Below, piece after piece: positions 61,317 to 64,000 of a stretch of 64,000 nt of DNA. The translations under genes were made by a program, and so were the position numbers. Position 1 is the stretch's first letter. Every line of letters starts with the position of its first letter. The stretch is from an uncultured Methanomassiliicoccales archaeon (lineage in GTDB: Archaea; Thermoplasmatota; Thermoplasmata; Methanomassiliicoccales; UBA472). The notes under the pieces are model-generated. The model had not been told where the DNA came from, did no database searches, and saw only the letters and a list, made by a program, of their open reading frames with translations. The stretch is from contig OY968769.1 of assembly GCA_963695345.1 (NCBI GenBank), positions 1,408,001-1,472,000 on the forward strand, given 5' to 3'.

Positions 61317-61718
61317 CTATTTAATCCTTGATTTCGCAATGGCTCTCCCCTCGGGGCCCGTCCGGGATTGCGAACGGTGCCCGGCAAGGACATCCCTGGC
61401 CCACAGCAACTGCGACTCATATTCCACTGCAGGGAAGGCCAGCTCCCTAGGCAGGTCCTGGAAAAGGCGCCATTTCATCTCACCTTTGCCGTCGTCATTG
61501 ATGACCTCTCCGGCAAATACCAGGCCATCCCCGAACTCCATGCATCCCAATGGCAGGAACAGGACCCCGGCCTCTTCCCGGAACTCTCTGACCGATGCAT
61601 CCCTCGGGTCCTCCCCTTCCTCGACCTTGCCCCCGGGCATCTCCCAGCCGCCCCGTTTGGGATTCTCGACCATCAGGAAACGGTCGCCATTGAAACCGAT
61701 GGCATAGACCCACTTCAT
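61317..61718 (-). CDS. NUDIX hydrolase
   Basis: Nudix box PGGKVEEGE....SVREFREEAG. Confidence 0.9.
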   Translation of the reverse strand: MKWVYAIGFNGDRFLMVENPKRGGWEMPGGKVEEGEDPRDASVREFREEAGVLFLPLGCMEFGDGLVFAGEVINDDGKGEMKWRLFQDLPRELAFPAVEYESQLLWARDVLAGHRSQSRTGPEGRAIAKSRIK

Positions 61719-62389
61719 TTCGATTCGACCGTGATCATGGCGTGGTCCTTCTCATAGCGGTCGATGTCGACCATGTCGACCACCCTATAACCTTCCTTGA
61801 CCAGATGCGCTTTGACCTCCCGGAAGATATCGTGGGGGTCCCTGGTCACGTCCTCGCTCCGGGCCTTGATCACTAGCATGCCCTGCCTGACGTTGAACGC
61901 TCTCATGTTCTTCAGGAAGATGCCCACCTGGTTCTTCTGGGCGATGTCCTGGTAGACCACCGTGGGCGATTCCACCGCGAAACCGTACTCGTCCGGCTTG
62001 GTGGCGTCGGCTAGAATGGGTATCATGTTCTTGCGGGTCTCGCATACCTTGACCAGGTCGCGGAATGAGCGCTGTGATATCTCGACACAATAGACCGCAC
62101 CTTGGGCAACGACGTCCGCCACGTGGGATGAAGTCGTACCCGATGCCGCTCCCAGGTATAGCACCCTGGAATCCGCCTTGAAGGGATCGAAAGAGCCGCC
62201 GCACTTGATATAGGCCGCCAGCTTGCTCCGGCTGGGGACCCACTCCCGGTATTCGGTTCCCTGGTGATTGAACAGCCTCTCCCCGTACACCCTATTGCCC
62301 GGGACGGCGTTCCGGGTCAGGAGCAGATTCCCGTCGGTGAAAACGCCGATGAACCGGGTCTCGGTGATCGGCATTGCGGATTCGCTCAT
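61715..62389 (-). CDS. flpA: Fibrillarin rRNA/tRNA 2'-O-methyltransferase
   Basis: VYGE, YREW...RSKLAA, VLYLGAASGTT.SHV and YQDIAQ motifs. Confidence 0.95.
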   Translation of the reverse strand: MSESAMPITETRFIGVFTDGNLLLTRNAVPGNRVYGERLFNHQGTEYREWVPSRSKLAAYIKCGGSFDPFKADSRVLYLGAASGTTSSHVADVVAQGAVYCVEISQRSFRDLVKVCETRKNMIPILADATKPDEYGFAVESPTVVYQDIAQKNQVGIFLKNMRAFNVRQGMLVIKARSEDVTRDPHDIFREVKAHLVKEGYRVVDMVDIDRYEKDHAMITVESK

Positions 62390-62443
62390 CGGCCGATGGA
62401 TGGTCGCCAACCTATTAACCTTTTCAGACCCATGTCCGGTGCA

Positions 62444-62896
62444 ATGGCCGATGACCAGTCCAAGAAGATCGAGGAGCTCACCGCTCGCATCGCCGAGCTG
62501 GAGAGCGCGGTCCGGGAGGTGGCCAGGCCATACTCTGAACTGGTCGAGCAGCTCTCTCGTTTCCAGGACACGGTCCAGAAATACTTCCGGCTCATGGACC
62601 TGTACCAGCGGCATGGGGTGATATCCATCGAGACCATCCTGCCCGGTGTCAAGGACCCGATCGCCAAGGACATCATGAGGTTGCTGCTGGACAAGCCTGG
62701 TCTCAACATCTCCGAGATCACCGAGGAGCTGAGGCAAAGGAGAGGCAGTGCTTCCCGGAGGATAGTCAGGGACCGTCTCGGCGAACTGTTGGAGCAAGGG
62801 ATGGTTACCGAGCGGTCGGGGAAGAAGGAGAAGACCTTCGAGATATCCGAGGCGGTGGTCAGGAAATGGTCAGAAGTGCTCGGATTGACCAAGTAG
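62444..62896 (+). CDS. Coiled-coil plus winged-HTH protein
   Basis: N-terminal heptads; NISEITEEL..RRG.ASRRIVRDRL..L.EQG HTH. Confidence 0.8.
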   Translation: MADDQSKKIEELTARIAELESAVREVARPYSELVEQLSRFQDTVQKYFRLMDLYQRHGVISIETILPGVKDPIAKDIMRLLLDKPGLNISEITEELRQRRGSASRRIVRDRLGELLEQGMVTERSGKKEKTFEISEAVVRKWSEVLGLTK

Positions 62897-62957
62897 GGTG
62901 GCCGGCCATTGATGTCCAAGTAGGATCGGGGTACGGCGAGGTAAGGCATGGAATAAG

Positions 62958-63293
62958 GTGAAGGAAATGGCGAACGATGACATGATCAAGAACGTCGAGG
63001 ACATGCGTAAGCTCTTCGAGATACTGACGGAACAGGTGCCTCGGCTGATGGAGAGCTTGACCCGGGTCCTCTACGGGGCACAGGAAGGGGAGAGGTTCGG
63101 ACAGTCGGTGGCGGCGTTCTACAAATCGCTGCGGGCCGCCGGCATGACGAACCAGGAAGCGTTCGAGCTGACCAGGGAATACATGTCGACCCTCAGCCTC
63201 GGCGGCATGCTGAAGATGATCGTGGGGTCACAGACCGGTGGCGATGGGGCGATCCGCGAAAAGATAAGGCGCGAGATGGAAGAGGGCGAATGA
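62958..63293 (+). CDS. Small helical hypothetical protein
   Basis: RBS-like purine tract; G..VAAFYKSLRAAGM...EAFELTREY. Confidence 0.75.
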   Translation: MKEMANDDMIKNVEDMRKLFEILTEQVPRLMESLTRVLYGAQEGERFGQSVAAFYKSLRAAGMTNQEAFELTREYMSTLSLGGMLKMIVGSQTGGDGAIREKIRREMEEGE

Positions 63294-63535
63294 TGGGTCG
63301 GCATGGAGACGGGGCGGTCATCGCCATTGTCGCCAGCATGCCCATGCTCACATACCGTCTGCTCCGTACCTATCTCCGGGCGAAGGGGCAGGCCAAGAGA
63401 GCTTCCAAGGAGTTCTACCGTTCATTGATCGCCGGCGGACTCCCGAAACGAGAGGCGAGAGCTTTGCGGGACGAGTATGGCGCCGGCATGAGCCTTACCT
63501 CGCTCATCCGGGACCTTTCCTTCAGGTCGCGCTGA
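63290..63535 (+). CDS. Small hypothetical protein related to the upstream gene
   Basis: ATGA overlap; FYRSLIAGGL...EARALRDEY. Confidence 0.65.
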   Translation: MMGRHGDGAVIAIVASMPMLTYRLLRTYLRAKGQAKRASKEFYRSLIAGGLPKREARALRDEYGAGMSLTSLIRDLSFRSR

Positions 63536-63567
63536 ATCGTTAAAAAAATAAGAGATTGGGTTGGGGT

Positions 63568-64000
63568 TTACTTGCGGAGCAGGTATTCCAGCACTCCGAA
63601 GCCCACGTCGTCGTCCAGCTTGAACTTCGCCAGGGTCTCGAAGATGACCGGGGTGCGCTTCTCGTCCTCGTTCATCGGGAGCATTACCTTCCGCTTCACG
63701 ACGGCCTTGACGCCGTAGACGTCCCCGTCCTTGTCGTACATCGCCAGGTACAGTTCGCTCGGGGTGCCCTCGGCATCGAACTCGTGCGCCATGTCGACCT
63801 TGACGATCGGCAGCGTGACCCCATCCTGGTGGATGAAACCGGCGTCGATCTCTCCCTTGTCGGTGTACAGCTTGGTGATGTTGAAAGCGTAGCCATCGTT
63901 GAACTGGCAGGTGATCCAGACCCATCTGCCAGCGGCAGACCAGTCGCGCACTCCCCAGGAGTGGTCCCTCTCGCCCAAGGCGTCGACCGCGTACTCGCGG
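63568..64000 (-). CDS. C-terminal part of an AttH/tocopherol-cyclase-like beta-barrel protein (partial)
   Basis: GERDHSWGVRDW motif and terminal G.GVLEY; frame open to the window edge. Confidence 0.7.
   Translation of the reverse strand, partial: REYAVDALGERDHSWGVRDWSAAGRWVWITCQFNDGYAFNITKLYTDKGEIDAGFIHQDGVTLPIVKVDMAHEFDAEGTPSELYLAMYDKDGDVYGVKAVVKRKVMLPMNEDEKRTPVIFETLAKFKLDDDVGFGVLEYLLRK

Overview
A gene-dense, GC-rich archaeal chromosome segment. The gene set (purP, nep1, carS, Lsm, aIF5A, nop5, fibrillarin, kae1, rps15, intron-containing tRNA) and the conserved hypotheticals point to Thermoplasmatota, most likely Methanomassiliicoccales; this is inference, with no database search run. Main content: RPA locus; a dispersed surface-glycan region of about 27 kb (GT2/GT4/GT10-like transferases, flippase, a putative UDP-2,3-diacetamido-hexuronate pathway, a large anchored CE4-like protein); serC-like/serA; XPD-carS-pyrE-UDG; smc-scpA-scpB; an ABC operon with no binding protein plus DUF47; an agmatine/aIF5A/SAM-by-product salvage neighbourhood; tRNA-Val(GAC) with a 22-nt intron; a surface-anchored papain-like protein; and an uncharacterised three-gene wHTH operon. 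Six single-base insertions break a GT2 gene, kae1 and a DHH nuclease, and are most likely assembly errors. No CRISPR array, IS element, integrase or rRNA was seen. No clearly new system is demonstrated; the best candidates are listed as findings.
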